DNA of 24,000 nt from Anaerolineae bacterium (GTDB lineage Bacteria; Chloroflexota; Anaerolineae; JAAYZQ01): assembly GCA_035341665.1 (NCBI GenBank), contig DAOQVR010000001.1:483275-507274 (forward strand), given 5' to 3'. The number at the start of each line of letters is the position of its first letter. The stretch's first letter is position 1. The notes below the pieces were generated by a model that did no database searches, had not been told where the DNA came from, and saw only the letters and a list, made by a program, of their open reading frames with translations. Shown piece after piece: positions 23,104 to 24,000 of this stretch. Both the position numbers and the translations under genes were made by a program.

Positions 23104-24000
23104 CTACCATCAACCTGACTATCAACGGCCATAAGGTCAGCGCGCCTGCAGGCAGCACCGTCCTCGACGCCGCGCGGATAGCCGGCGTCAAGATCCCAAC
23201 GCTGTGCGACCATCCGGCGCTGGCACCGATCGGTGCTTGCCGCCTGTGCCTGGTCGAAGTCAAGGGGCAGCGCACCCTTCAGCCGGCATGCACCTTTCCC
23301 GCGGGCGAGGGCATGGAGGTGACGACGCACTCCCCGCAGGTCGAGGAAGCTCGCCGCTTTGTCTTGGAGCTGCTCCTCTCCGACCACCCCCTCGATTGCA
23401 TGACCTGTGAGCGCGCCGGTAGCTGTGAGCTGCAGGACCTGGCCTACCAGTACGGATTGGACAAGACGCGGTTCCCTGGTGTGCAGCACAAGTACCCAAT
23501 CGATGCCTCCAACCCGTTCTATATCCGTGACTATGACAAGTGCATTGTCTGCCGGCGCTGCGTGCGGGCATGCAATGAGATCAACGGCGTGGAGGCCATC
23601 GGGCTCATACAGCGTGGCTTCGATACGAAGGTTGGCACGCCCTTTGATGGCACGATGCAGGACAGCGTGTGCGAGTTCTGCGGGATGTGCGTCGAGGTCT
23701 GCCCGACTGGAGCGTTGGTGCCCAAGCTTCGAATAGGTCGAGGGCGCGCATGGGAAGTGCAGCGGGTGGCTACGACCTGTTCCTACTGTGGGGTTGGCTG
23801 CCAGTTTTACCTCGAAGTCAAGGACGGCAAGATAGTCGGCGTCTCCTCCAAGTGGGATGCACCATCCAACCATGGCTGGACCTGTGTGAAGGGGCGCTTT
23901 GGCTGGGACTACGTGCATCACGCCGACCGTCTCACTACACCCCTCATCCGGCGCCAGAAGGGCGAGCCTCTATCCGCGGTTAGCTGGGATGACGCGCTTG
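23100..24000 (+). CDS. fdhA: Formate dehydrogenase alpha subunit (NuoG-like Fe-S N-terminus plus Mo/W-bisPGD domain); C-terminus beyond the window
   Basis: The frame is open from ATG 23100 (ATGA overlap with the upstream stop) to the window end. My translation is MTTINLTINGHKVSAPAGSTVLDAARIAGVKIPTLCDHP...CRLCLVEV..., HPLDCMTCERAGSCELQ, CIVCRRCVRAC, CEFCGMCVEVCP, then TTCSYCGVGCQF and NHGWTCVKGRFGWDYV. The last two are typical of FdhF/FdsA-type enzymes. Confidence 0.9.
   Translation, partial: MTTINLTINGHKVSAPAGSTVLDAARIAGVKIPTLCDHPALAPIGACRLCLVEVKGQRTLQPACTFPAGEGMEVTTHSPQVEEARRFVLELLLSDHPLDCMTCERAGSCELQDLAYQYGLDKTRFPGVQHKYPIDASNPFYIRDYDKCIVCRRCVRACNEINGVEAIGLIQRGFDTKVGTPFDGTMQDSVCEFCGMCVEVCPTGALVPKLRIGRGRAWEVQRVATTCSYCGVGCQFYLEVKDGKIVGVSSKWDAPSNHGWTCVKGRFGWDYVHHADRLTTPLIRRQKGEPLSAVSWDDAL

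Overview
The window is high-GC (roughly 60-65% by eye), gene-dense bacterial DNA. I recognised no rRNA, tRNA, CRISPR array, transposase or integrase. It falls into three blocks.

Block 1 (1-9690). A minus-strand string reads heliorhodopsin -> DegV -> DUF1295 membrane protein -> CarH/LitR-type B12 photoreceptor regulator with an extra C-terminal domain -> YfcH-like epimerase -> class I CPD photolyase. A 185-bp gap then separates it from larE and larB (larB is partial). A near-consensus sigma70-type promoter at 8162-8190 faces the heliorhodopsin gene. A membrane-anchored alpha/beta hydrolase and a DUF2177 protein diverge from it on the plus strand. This looks like a multi-chromophore (retinal, cobalamin, flavin) light-response island and is my top candidate for an undescribed system.

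Block 2 (9727-15673, minus strand). It holds a MutS-like ATPase without a mismatch-recognition domain and a full-length YbgA-like gene (DUF523+DUF1722). Two decayed copies of that gene's own 3' end follow it. The copies bracket cassettes that look lower in GC: hicAB, a lipoprotein gene interrupted by an in-frame TGA, and an SGNH hydrolase.

Block 3 (15878-24000, plus strand). A perfect consensus promoter is followed by a leader containing a terminator-like hairpin. The operon then encodes DRTGG, CBS+HATPase, DRTGG, PHP, NuoE-like, HATPase, 2Fe-2S ferredoxin, a NuoF-GltD fusion flavoprotein and a formate dehydrogenase alpha subunit (partial).

All family calls rest on my reading of the translated ORFs and recalled motifs. 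No database search was run.
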